Shown piece by piece: positions 39,783-50,676 of a DNA stretch of 64,000 nucleotides. Source of the stretch: Trichodelitschia bisporula (taxonomy: Eukaryota); contig ML996700.1 of assembly GCA_010356995.1 (NCBI GenBank), positions 372,001 to 436,000 on the forward strand, written 5' to 3'. The first letter of the stretch is position 1, and the number at the start of each line of letters is the position of its first letter. The position numbers and the translations under genes are program-made. The notes below the pieces were generated by a model. That model was not told where the DNA came from and ran no database searches. It worked only from the letters and a program-made list of their open reading frames with translations.

Positions 39783-40508
39783 TCAAGCCTTCTTAAACAA
39801 CCCCCCCCAATCCTTCGACTTCCGCTTCACGCCTCCCCAAGCCTTCTTCGCCCCTCCCTTCCCCCTCGCCACAATGCTGGCTCTCCTGTCCTCCTCCGTC
39901 TCATCCGTAGAGCACACCTCCTCCCCCGCCGCCCCCTCACTCGCCCTGCGATCCGCCTCCCGGACCCGCAGCGGCAGCGCAGCGAAGTACGCATCCACGC
40001 GCTGATTCATCGCGCGGTTTTTGGCACCACTCTCCCCAGACCCGCTCATCCGCGCCGCGAGGTGCACATGGTGATGCGGCGACGTAGGCGTCGACGCTGT
40101 GGCCACGCTATTAGCGCGGCTCAACTGCGCGGTCCAGCTCCCACTACTCGACTCCAGCGGCGCCGTCACCGTTCTCCTCGCCAGGCGCGGGCTGAACACG
40201 GTCTCGGAGCTGGAAGGCCGGGACGAAGACTCGGGCGACGAAGGACCGGTTGTGCTTGTCGTGCTCGTGCTATTGTGCCTCGAGTGTGCTTCGGGTGGCG
40301 GGTGCAGCCCGCCGAAGAGCAAGAATTCGCCGTCCGGAAGCGGCCAGGCGGCGCAGAAGGGACAGAAGCCGCATTTTATTTCCCAGCCCTCGAGGGCGAG
40401 GCGCGTGGGGCAGGTGTGTAGGTTGATGTTGGGGGCGCAGGAGCGCAGGAGGTGGTACCAGCGGTGTTGGCAGGAGTTTAGGGAGACGTTGAGCTCGGCG
40501 AGACACAT
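39783..40508 (-). CDS. Hypothetical protein with N-terminal Cys/His cluster and Ser-rich disordered tail
   Basis: 241-aa ORF with CACGATG start context; MC..SCQHRWY..C..C..CGFCPFC. Confidence 0.75.
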   Translation of the reverse strand: MCLAELNVSLNSCQHRWYHLLRSCAPNINLHTCPTRLALEGWEIKCGFCPFCAAWPLPDGEFLLFGGLHPPPEAHSRHNSTSTTSTTGPSSPESSSRPSSSETVFSPRLARRTVTAPLESSSGSWTAQLSRANSVATASTPTSPHHHVHLAARMSGSGESGAKNRAMNQRVDAYFAALPLRVREADRRASEGAAGEEVCSTDETEEDRRASIVARGKGGAKKAWGGVKRKSKDWGGLFKKA

Positions 40509-43500
40509 CGTGCGTGGATGGGATCGGGGTTAAAGGATGGGTGGGGATGTGTCTCGGTGTGGTGGTGAGTCTGAGGGTAGATTGGGTTCGAGGTGTCGGA
40601 TATCGACCTAGGGTGGGGAGTTCCTTCTTGCGGATGATGGGGCCGTGGAGTGTCGCGCTTGCGTTCCCCAGATCCAGGTGCCCGTCTCCGACTGTTATAC
40701 CGCGCCAGTGCCGGCGCCGCGCACGTCAAGCCCGTCCGTTCCAAGGCCTCGGGTACGCGTGTCGGTAAGTCGAGGCGTCCGAAACGGTGAGTGGGTGGTG
40801 TTTCTGCACAAGGTCCACGTGCTCGGCGAGATAGACTGCAGGCTCTGCCCTGGTTGACGATGCACTCAGATCTTGTCGCTGAGTATGGCAGAGCTTACGG
40901 GTATCGACGGAATTTCTCGGAGTGATTAGAAGAGCACCTCGATGGGGGGACTCGGATTCCTGCTGTGGCCAAGTCTTGGAGTCTTGTGGCAAGAAGCTTG
41001 GACAAAGTTAGACAAAGATGTCGAGACCAGATGGGACAAAGGGCAGTTTTCGGAGTCGCTGCGGGGAAGATCGTTGGAGTGCGGAGGTGACAAAGTCCCT
41101 ACAGTCAAGTGTGGCGCGATGGTAAGGATAATGGACAAAGGACCGTTTCGTCAGACGTCAGCCTGGAACCTGGGGAAAGGTGGGTGTCTATGAGTACGCA
41201 GTAGTTTGTGAGAGGGGCAAGATACTTGCTCACATGTAACAACAAGGCCAGCGAATAGTCTGGCCAGAAGGTGTCAAAGCCAACCATCAGGGCCTTGCCC
41301 GTCTCTTTATCCCAGAACTCCGGGGTCATAGGCAAGCCTTGCGTGCTCTGGGCAGCGCAGCCTTCGTCACCCTCTCCCAACTCCCCATGCTCGATCAGGC
41401 TAGATACCGGGGCGGAAGCCCGATCGCCAGGGGAGACCTGGAGATGAGGCCGAAAGCATCAGAGAAGACAAGAAAAGCGCTAGCTCTCGCCAACCAGACC
41501 AGCTCGGCAGCGCTTGCTAAGCCTGAATCGCTCGGCACCGCGGCCGTCATCCAACTTTCCAAGCGCCTGAAGCCGAACGGGCGCACGTAGTTACGGTAGT
41601 TGACGGGGCGTAGAAAGATCTACAAGATGTCCGGTAGTGGGGATGACATGGGTCGAGACTAGTTACACTGTACGTACGCTCGTACGTAGTAGTACTGGTG
41701 AAGGTGCCACAGCTACTAGCCACCCCCCCAGTCTATCAACATCATGCGCACACCGTGACCGTGAGCTCGTCTGGCCTTTTTTTTCTCGGCGGTCCTAGAC
41801 AAGACCTTTTACTCTTTCCAGGCTCTTGAATCGCAGATCTGTGATATGAAAGAGCATATCGCGGGAAATGAGACGAGACGGACAAGAAAAGCAAAGAAGG
41901 AGGAGGTGGGGGAGGGGAGGGGAACGTATCTCTGAGGTCACACACTCACCGCAATGGCTCAACACAACCACATTTTGTGTCCGTCGATTCGCCGATGCCA
42001 CCTCTCAACTGTCAACGTCTTGTCCTCCCCAGTCAAGGGCCAGACCTCGACCTGCAGCCTCCCCCTTACCCCCCTCCACCCCTCCATTAGCCGCGAGCCC
42101 AAACGCTCCCGCCACGGCCGCACACGCTGCGAGCCCGCGTCCCGGCTCCGCCGCGGCAATCCTTGGCTTCCTCTCGGCGCTCTTCCGTGAGCACTTCTCA
42201 GCGCTGATCCTTCTTGACCTCACTTCCCGTTTACCAGCAGCAGGGTTCGGGCAGGGCGATATTGGTGGCAGCAGTTCCCACTCTCAGCCTTGGCCGTGAT
42301 GCTGCTCTTGATGCCGCGCTCGTTACTCCAGACTGCCCAGCAACAAGCTCCGAGTAATCCTTCTTGCTTATCGAGTTAGCCCTTGTGGCACCAAATCCTC
42401 CCAGCCACAAAGAGATGGAAAAGAAAAAAGACGGTGCGGATCAAAAGAAAAAAGCCCAAGCCGGACGGCCGAACCCACTGTCCATAGCGCCGGGACGGGC
42501 TGGGGGCTTTGTTTCGCACCCATGGACGCGCGCTTGACGCAACGTGGAAGTCTGGTTGGCGATTGCGGCCTTCCTGCCCAGGCTGATAAGATGCTGTTGG
42601 CCTGACCGCTGTTGATGGCTGTAATGGTGGTTGGTCGTTTATCAATCATAGATGGTGGCTTCAACTTCAAAAAAAAATCTTGGGGGTTGCGGCGCATTGA
42701 CGTGCTGCTCGCACGACGTTTGTTGATACCAACGAGAGCCTCCACTCTCGCCTATCGTGGAGGCTCCCCTCCCAACTGATGACACTGCTCCCTGGCCTCA
42801 ACATTGCTCGGGAGCAGATAGACGAGGACGCATGGTAGACACGCGTTTGTCATGGGTCGTGGAGAAGTGGTGTTACTGTTTTTTTCTGTTGTGTAACGAG
42901 AACGGTGAGCGAGGTGTGGCACATTGTGGTCAGAAATGTGCATTTGTGGATGCTGCATGCCGATGGCTGCTGCTTGCACCTGCAAGATGTCTGATGTAGC
43001 TGCAGCCGGGGCGTGAGAGCTCATGCATGCAGCTGCGGTGGCCCTCGTCTGGCGCTGCTGGCTAATGCCGTTGATGCTTCAACGCCTTGTTCTTCAGTGG
43101 TAGCATATTTTCTCTCCGAAGGCGGAACCTAGAACTAGGCTTTCTGGCCTCGACCTCGGGAAGGGCGGAAGGTTCGGGCCGCACATAATATGGGGCTTTT
43201 TTTCGGGATGACGTGAGACCTCAGCCCTTCTCAACACTACCGCTCACATGGGATGAGCACCACATCCAGTAGACAATCACTATTCTCAATGCCCTTCACA
43301 TGCAAGCCATTCTTGGTTTTGGTTTTGCACCTTTGAGCATCTCTCACTTCTGCTAACAATCAATATTTAGACTCTAAGCTGACCACATTTGCGACATCAG
43401 CCAGCATTCAGCGTTGCGGCGCCACCAGCAACGTCTTGACGCCACTCCCTCACACCGACTGAAGGAAGCGGTCGGCAGGGCCCTAGGATCGCAACAACCG

Positions 43501-43999
43501 TGGTCCATCGAGCCTCACCTCACCTCAGCCGCTGCGCCAGCCGCTGAACCGGCTGTGCGCCAGACTTCGGGACCCCTGATGCAACACTCCTACGGTACAG
43601 CACTGCATGCAACGACGTCTCAAGTACAATCGGGAAGAACCGGAGTGTCCTTATCTGATGGCAGCTGTCATTAGTCCGGACACCAACCGGCTCCCCGGAG
43701 GCCCGTGCGCCAGCGTTGCCAGCATCAACATTTTATATCGATGACCTGCTTGTCTGGGAAGGCACGACCTTACCAGTCGCGCCTGCCGATAATAGCAATT
43801 AAGTAGGCTAACAGCAGCCCGGCCCGCTAAGTAAGTAACAACGCTCCTAAACGCACAGGCCCGCAGCCCTGCTGGAGTTATGGCTCTGAGGGAGAGCTGC
43901 TGCATACCCTCTCTTGTAATCCACATTCCTTCATAACGCTGCACCTCCGCGGCGCTTCTTTATCTTTTGCCCCCAAACTCGCTCCATCCACGCTGAGCC

Positions 44000-44834
44000 A
44001 TGGATTCTCCTCCTGGTTACTCTGTAGCCGAGGAAAGATATACCCAGCCCGACGAACCTCTCAAGAAACGTGCACTGAATGTTAGGATAACCTACGAGGG
44101 GAAGCAGGGGGCGATGCGGAGCAAGCAGATGCAGAAGAAGTTCAAGGAGCTACTGGATGACATGGAGCGCGACATGGGACGCAACCCCCCACCGCTAAGT
44201 GTCAAGGAACGCGACGCCGAATGGCGGGATGACATGTTTCGTGGCTCTGTTTTGCGCCGTCTCCATGATCTCAAGGTCCAGGTGCAGAAGCTGATGTGGG
44301 GGTGCATAATCCTCCACATCGGCTTCCTCATGCTTGGCTTCTGCTGGGGCGTAGCGGCCGTCAAGATGGGCTACTTCGACGTTCAGTCTTCTGGCGAACT
44401 GGCTGGGAGCGGCAATGTGCGTGAGGAACTCCAGCGTACTGCCTGGACCAAAGCTTGCATCAAGGTGAGAGACTCCGGACCCTAATGTAAACCCCACTGA
44501 TCATTACAGGATGAGGAACTGTTCTGCATCACCCACGCAGAGCGCGTCGTCGTGGTTTGTCAAGTCTGGGACTCCAAGATGCTGTGCCAGGACGCCACCG
44601 AGGAGGACGGAGTGCTTGAGAAGCGGCGCGCCATGAGCCGGGTAAGATGAGTTTAAGGGAGGGTATCTCGTTTATGTGGTCTGTCCTTCACGATGTCTGT
44701 CATCGATCACTTCAGCTTCACAGCAGGGCTCCCGCTCTGGAGTCGTCCAGTACCTACCAGTTGAGATTCGAGTGCTAACACCATCCCAGTTTGTCCAGTT
44801 CGACGATACCGAGACCGATGAACTGATTGTTTGA
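44000..44834 (+). CDS. Hypothetical single-pass membrane protein
   Basis: MDSPPGYS start; hydrophobic LMWGCIILHIGFLMLGFCWGVAAV; introns 44465-44509 and 44642-44789 give an in-frame Cys-containing C-terminus ending DELIV. Confidence 0.65.
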
Positions 44835-45609
44835 GGCCTTCCATTAGCACGATCTAGCTTGAGGTTCAGGGATATAGGGAACGTTTACAGCATCTACGTA
44901 GTGAATGTAGTTCGAGGGTCAGCCGTCTGATTGTGAGCCACCTTACTGGCTTGGCCAAGTTACAAGTCGTTCATGACGGACTAGTCAAACCTTGAACCTT
45001 TATGCCCTTATTACGCGCTCTATGAGTGACTTGCACTACCGGATGTTATCCGGCCTCCAAATGCATTGGAGATATTGACTTGCTTTGCCTTCCATCTCTT
45101 GATGTCACGACGCTGACACGAACCCACGTGCCCCGCTTCGTCCCGCTTCGCAAGGCTTAATGAAGCTCAAGGATCCCCTGCGGGGCAGAGCGGGGTTAAA
45201 CCCCGGACAGTCTAATTTATACTCACATAACATCACCAGAGCATCAAACATCAGCTAATGCTCGGAATCGGTTGATATCTCCTAGCACGGTCCTTAAAAC
45301 GTCAGCAAGTAAAGTTCCCTCCCGAGTCCAAGTACCGTCTTGTAAACACTTCTCCCCTCCAGCCACACCCAGCGGTACCAGCATCACAACCTCCAGTAAG
45401 ACGCACAGCAGCGAAACCGCCTAGCGCGATGCCCGCCCTAGAACCCCACGGCCGCTGCGGGGCCGACAACTGCGGGGAGCTTCGCCCCGGACATACAAGA
45501 GGGGCCCGCATCTACCCCTCACTGCCCCTCTCCAAAGTGTCTCCCTCATCCCACCTACCCCTCCCATCCACCCCCTCCCCTCTAGCAATCTTCCCCTCAG
45601 CTATCCACA

Positions 45610-47334
45610 ATGTCCACCGAACCCCCAGACTGGCCGTCCCTCATCGCCGCCAAGCGCGCCGACCTCGCATCCAAAATCCCAGAAGCATGGTGCCTGTCCC
45701 CCGAGCTTTTGGCTAAACTCGAGACCGACTCCCGGTGCAGCGTGCTCGACATTCCCCGCACATGCGGCATTCTGTCTGAGAAGGAGGTGCGCATTACCGA
45801 GATTGAAGATGCGACGGCGTTGGTGGGCAAGATGGCGAGTGGGGCGTGGAGGTAAGTTTGAGGGGACGATATGGGCAAGGCTGACACTCGGACAGTGCGT
45901 ATGAAGTAACCCTCGCGTTCTGCAAGCGTGCCGCGATTGCGCACCAACTCGTAAGTCGTCTTCCTCTTCTTGAGGACGACACTGATCCCGCAGACAAACT
46001 GCCTAACCGAAATATTCTTCGAACACGCCCTCACCCGCGCCAAAGCACTAGACGCCTCCTTCGCCCTAACCCACACCCCAACCGGCCCCCTCCACGGCCT
46101 CCCCCTCAGTCTCAAAGACTCCTTCAACCTCCCCTCCATCCCATCCACCCTCGGCCTAGTCAGCTTCCTCACCCACGCCCCCCCAAAAACCCCATCCTCC
46201 CTGCTGCCAGTGCTCGAATCCGCCGGCGCCCTCTTCTACGTCAAAACCAACATCCCCCAAACCATGATGACCGCCGACAGCCACTCCACCGTCTTCGGCC
46301 GCACCGTTAACCCGCACAACCGCACGCTTACCGCCGGCGGGTCTACGGGGGGCGAAGCCGCCCTCCTCGCACTGCGCGGCAGTATCATGGGCGTGGGGAC
46401 GGATATAGCGGGTTCAGTGCGCATACCGGCGCACTGTTGTGGCTTGTTTGGGTTCAAGCCGACGGCCGCCCGTGTACCGTGGAAGGGGGGGACGCCGCCC
46501 GGGCGCCATGGGAGTCCGTCGCCGATTCTGCCGACGATAGGCCCGGAGACGCATTCCGTGCGGGACGCGGGGCTATTTCTGTCCGTTGCGTGTGCGGACC
46601 CGTGGGCGGCGGATGAGGGGGCGCTGAATGCGCCGTGGCGGCAGGTGGCGGATATCCAGCGTCCATTACGCTTGGGCGTGTTAACCGAAGACCCCAGGCG
46701 GCCACTGCATCCCTCCGTGTACCGCGCGATCAAGACTGCAGAACAGCGTCTGCAGAGTGCAGGGCACGTTCTCGTTCCGCTGGACGGCTTGGTGCCAGAT
46801 GTATACGACGCGGCGGTGCTAGCGTGGAAGTTTTTCCTGCTCGATCCGGCGAAGACGGCGGTGCGGTATGTGCGTGAGGGGGGCGAGGAGTGGGTGCCTA
46901 GTATTGCGACGGCGATGTTTCCCGAGTTGAAGGGGTGGGAGGCGAGTTTGGAGGAGCTATTCGAGATGGGTGTGCAGCGGAGGCAGGTGTTGGCGGCGTG
47001 GCATGATGTGGTCGTAAGTAAGGGGCTCGATGCGGTGATTATGCCCACCTACCAGGCTACCGCTGTGCCGCATGATACGTACGGCCTGCCGATATATACA
47101 GTCTTGGCGAACCTGCTCGATTACCCGGCGGCAGTGGTGCCGTTCCTGCGGGCGGACGGGGAGAAGGATGGCCCGTTTGTGCGGGATGTGAAGTATGAGC
47201 CTCCGTACAAGCCGGAGGCGGTAGACGGTGCGCCGTGTGGGATTCAGATCGTGGGCCGGCCGATGCGGGATGAGGAATTGCTTAAGGCTATGGGGGTTGT
47301 GAGCCAGGTGCTGGAGTGCAAGACTTTGGGGTAG
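45610..47334 (+). CDS. Amidase-signature family amidase (acetamidase AmdS-like)
   Basis: GPLHGLPLSLKD, YVKTNIPQTMM, GGSTGGEAAL, GVGTDIAGSVRIPA; introns 45852-45894 and 45951-45993. Confidence 0.95.
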
Positions 47335-47344
47335 GCGTGTGGGC

Positions 47345-47371
47345 GGGGGGGGGGGGGGGGGGGGGGGGGGG
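47345..47371 (+). repeat. Poly-G homopolymer (27 nt) just after the amidase stop codon
   Basis: Read directly from the sequence. Confidence 0.9.
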
Positions 47372-47627
47372 TCACTGTGGTCACTGCATGTCACGTTTAG
47401 TTGGAAGCATATGTTAGCAAAAGTATGTTTTTGTATTTTTCTGTCTGTGAGCTAGTTCAATCCGTGAAGCGAGCAAAGGAAAGGCCAGGTAACTCAGTCA
47501 CCTACCTTGAGCGGACCGCTCATCGTCTGCCAGGCCCTTCTTGGGAAGGCGACTTACCTGCAAGAGGTGCTCAAGTACCTGGGTAAGTATTGTCGTTCGA
47601 ATTATCGTTCGATCCTGTCGGGAGAGC

Positions 47628-49031
47628 CTACGTCATGGAACCCATGTCCGCGCAGTCAGGCGGGCCCAGCGCCTCGTTGAATACCTGGAAATACTCCCAG
47701 AACTCGCTACGAGGACCTTCAGCCGGAGGCCCTAAGGAGTAGTCGATGATCACACACGGAGTTCCCGCCCGCCGCCGCGCAGCTGGAGTTCTCGTTGCAG
47801 TCGGCGTGTGCGTACGCGTATCTTCCGGCTCCAGCAGACACTCAGCGGGAGGCGGAGGGATCGGCCCGTCCTCAAATGCGGCGTAATGCTCATTCTCGGT
47901 TAAGGCGAGAGGTGGAGGGATCGCCCAAGGGGGCGGCCCGTCCCCAACTGCGTCGTTGTGATCATTCTCGGTTAAGGGACCGGGTTGCCTGTAGTTGCCA
48001 GGGGGCCGGACAGGGCCGAAACCATTGGCTAGAATCGGCTGGGGCATGTTATCGAGTTGTACCCCCTTCATTGGCGGATAGGAGTTGATTTTCGGTTCCC
48101 AAGGGCCGAGAGTTGCGTGAGGGAATCTGCGAATGTCCTCCTGCACCACGTCACTGACTTGCGGTATCTCGTGTCCACCGCTCGTCAAAAACCGAAAGTT
48201 GTCGCAGTGTGAAACCCGCCAATCATTGGTGCCGATTACAGTGTTTTCCAATGTGTATCGGTAAGCTAGGTCAAGGCGGCACCCCAACAGCGCGTGGAAC
48301 GCAGGCGCAATGCCGTCCAAGATAATCCCGAACGCCCGGCCGTGACCCTGGCCGACATTGTCCAATCCGATCTCATAGCATTTCTCATTCATGCAGCGGG
48401 GTGGATGAAATACCCCAGTCCAGCAGGACCAAATCTTGAGATATGCGTGGGTCATCTCATGGATTAAGACGGCCATCTGACTAAAGCAGTTCAGCGGGTT
48501 ACTATCATCGTCAACTGGATTCTTGACGTAGATCACAGGATGCTTCCCGCACACCATACTCAGCGTCCAGGTCCGGGGGTATACAGTCAACCCAATCCAA
48601 GTGTCGTTCGGATCGGCGGGAGCGATCTCTATTCTGGTCGTCTTTATAGCGCCGAAGAAGAACAGGCGGTTGAAAATGTCGAACAGTTCATAGAGATCTT
48701 GAACGCTGAGGCTCTCTGGCCAGCCGCCCATAAACCTTTGTTCCGAGATCCAGACACCCCAATCATGGCATGCGGTTTGCTGCTTAAATGTCAGCGTGCT
48801 GACATTCGTAAAGGAGGCCACCGTCGCATCAGCAAGCGTGTGGCTTTCGTACCGGTGGTATGCCGGAAACTGGTTTCCTGAGCTTTGAAGCGGCCCAGCC
48901 TTGTCGAAAGGATTCTCATGGCGCCCATCCCTCCAAATGTGATCGTAGAGAGTTGGCGAGCAAGTCTTACAGCTGCAATCGTGACCGTATTGACAGGTAA
49001 ATCGGCTTGGGCTCGGATTGAATTCGGTCAT
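47628..49031 (-). CDS. SprT-like zinc metalloprotease, paralog A, with Pro-rich C-terminal tail
   Basis: LFDIFNRLFFFGAI, VLIHEMTHAYL (HEXXH), GHGRAF (third ligand); first ATG 49031; intronless ORF. Confidence 0.78.
   Translation of the reverse strand: MTEFNPSPSRFTCQYGHDCSCKTCSPTLYDHIWRDGRHENPFDKAGPLQSSGNQFPAYHRYESHTLADATVASFTNVSTLTFKQQTACHDWGVWISEQRFMGGWPESLSVQDLYELFDIFNRLFFFGAIKTTRIEIAPADPNDTWIGLTVYPRTWTLSMVCGKHPVIYVKNPVDDDSNPLNCFSQMAVLIHEMTHAYLKIWSCWTGVFHPPRCMNEKCYEIGLDNVGQGHGRAFGIILDGIAPAFHALLGCRLDLAYRYTLENTVIGTNDWRVSHCDNFRFLTSGGHEIPQVSDVVQEDIRRFPHATLGPWEPKINSYPPMKGVQLDNMPQPILANGFGPVRPPGNYRQPGPLTENDHNDAVGDGPPPWAIPPPLALTENEHYAAFEDGPIPPPPAECLLEPEDTRTHTPTATRTPAARRRAGTPCVIIDYSLGPPAEGPRSEFWEYFQVFNEALGPPDCADMGSMT
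47849..47978 (-). repeat. Intragenic tandem duplication in paralog A
   Basis: LTENDHNDAVGDGPPPWAIPPP / LTENEHYAAFEDGP-IPPP; DNA TCATTCTCGGTTAAGG occurs twice. Confidence 0.85.
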
Positions 49032-49385
49032 CTTGATCTGTTCGTTAGGTACTCGCCAGGAGTACTTTTTGACAGTCGAGTTGGGCACGGATTTGAAATG
49101 ACTACTGGGGGCCCGCTACTTAAAAATTCATGGCCAGTGAGGTTAGTGACAATCTAACAATTCCATCGTGAGTACCAGAAGGTAGCTGTGATGGAATACC
49201 GATCATTGTGAGGACATGAGAAAGTAGTTGTGATAGAAGCCGACCTACTAAGACTTCCCCGATAGGCTTTTGTGAGAGCCCAGATGGAATTGTGAAAGAG
49301 GGCCGACGTTGGCTCACTAGTTACTTTACATGCCCAGGGACCGCCCAATGGCCCTACCGCTAGGATCTGTGGATGTTGGACTGGC

Positions 49386-50360
49386 CTAGGGCGCCATGAC
49401 TGTCGTGAGCGCTGGAATCGGTTCAGACTCCGATGTTGCTGGTGGCGCTAAGAGATCCGCAAAGGCGGAGACAATGGCGCGAGCTGAGAGAGTTGAGGTC
49501 ATTAGATCGTTCAAAAGCTCAGCCCGGCTCGGAAAGAAATTGTTCAAGTCGCAGGGCGAGGGTCTCCACGCATCCATCAAAATTTCATCCTCGGCCCCCA
49601 TCCATGCGCAGAGATCTATGGGTCTTCCAAGAACCCGCCTAGCGCTTCTCTCAATGGCTGTTGCCAGAGAAGCAAAGGCGCGGCCGTGTCCGGTGAGTCC
49701 AGAGTTGTCCGCAACAAGGATCGGGCACTCAGAACTGCCGCAATTTGGGAGCTGGAAGTCTTGAGGAGCCTTGTACCAGATATAGAAGCCGTCAGAAGTG
49801 TCGCAGGAAAACTGGCTAAGGAAGACGTGGACACATTCGTGGAGAATGGTGGCCGTTATATCATTGTCAGGAGAGGCTCTGGTATCCGGGTCGAACACAA
49901 GTTCTGGGTACATTATGCGGGAAGCATCTCTCCTAGGGAAGTGAGCGTAACCAACAGCAGAGGACTTTCTCGCCAGGTCCGGTTGAAGCTTGAATTTGAG
50001 ATTTCGAATAGCACCCAGAAAGAAAATCTCGTTGAAATGTTTGATAATCTCAGCCGCCACCGGACGGGTGATTGGGTTGAGAAGAGGAGGCATGTTATTC
50101 AACTTCTCCAGAGCCGCCTTTTGCCTGGCACTGAAGTTTGATACATCGCGCTCGAAAGACGCTGAGGCAGCATGGGCGAGGGCCAGCGGCTCGCATCTTT
50201 GGAACTGACTTCGCTCAAGTTTGCGCCGGGTCCTGAAATGCGTTCGGGGGTTATTGGGGTTGACATGGTGAGGGTCGATTGCAGGGTCGCCGTACATATG
50301 CGGAGAGCAAGCGCGACATGTGCAGGTGAGGGCACGAAAAGAATCTGGTGTACAAGCCAT
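49386..50360 (-). CDS. SprT-like zinc metalloprotease, paralog B
   Basis: IIKHFNEIFFLGAI, TILHECVHVFL (HEXXH), GHGRAF; GCCATGG start; intronless 324 aa. Confidence 0.78.
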   Translation of the reverse strand: MACTPDSFRALTCTCRACSPHMYGDPAIDPHHVNPNNPRTHFRTRRKLERSQFQRCEPLALAHAASASFERDVSNFSARQKAALEKLNNMPPLLNPITRPVAAEIIKHFNEIFFLGAIRNLKFKLQPDLARKSSAVGYAHFPRRDASRIMYPELVFDPDTRASPDNDITATILHECVHVFLSQFSCDTSDGFYIWYKAPQDFQLPNCGSSECPILVADNSGLTGHGRAFASLATAIERSARRVLGRPIDLCAWMGAEDEILMDAWRPSPCDLNNFFPSRAELLNDLMTSTLSARAIVSAFADLLAPPATSESEPIPALTTVMAP

Positions 50361-50547
50361 GGCAGGCTAGTAGAGATAGCGGATCCTCGGAATATGACGG
50401 CTATGTAACCTGCTCATGTGCTATAAATGGTCATAGAGCGGATCTCCGTGGACAGCTGTGACGCAAGGAACAAAAGGTTCCAGAAAGAGAGATTCGATTG
50501 ACAAGGAGTTTGCCAGCTTGAAGGATATGTACGGCTAAATTGGGCAA

Positions 50548-50676
50548 TCAAATGGTGGCACAAGGCATTTGAGGATGCTTACCAGCAAGAGTGGTGCAAA
50601 AGGACGTGAAAGGAGAACAATAGGCACAAGGAAAGCAGGGATTCAAGGGAACCGGACGAAGGAAGTGGACACACAT
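50548..50676 (-). other. 42-aa Cys-rich mini-ORF or truncated third paralog of the SprT-like pair
   Basis: CACCATG start; MCVHFLRPVPLNPCFPCAYCSPFTSFCTTLAGKH keeps the CxxCSP-x11-H spacing of both paralogs. Confidence 0.35.

Noticed and set aside
41105..42300. Short ORFs in the long intergenic region
   Set aside because: No recognisable motifs; interrupted by stops; expected by chance in GC-rich DNA.
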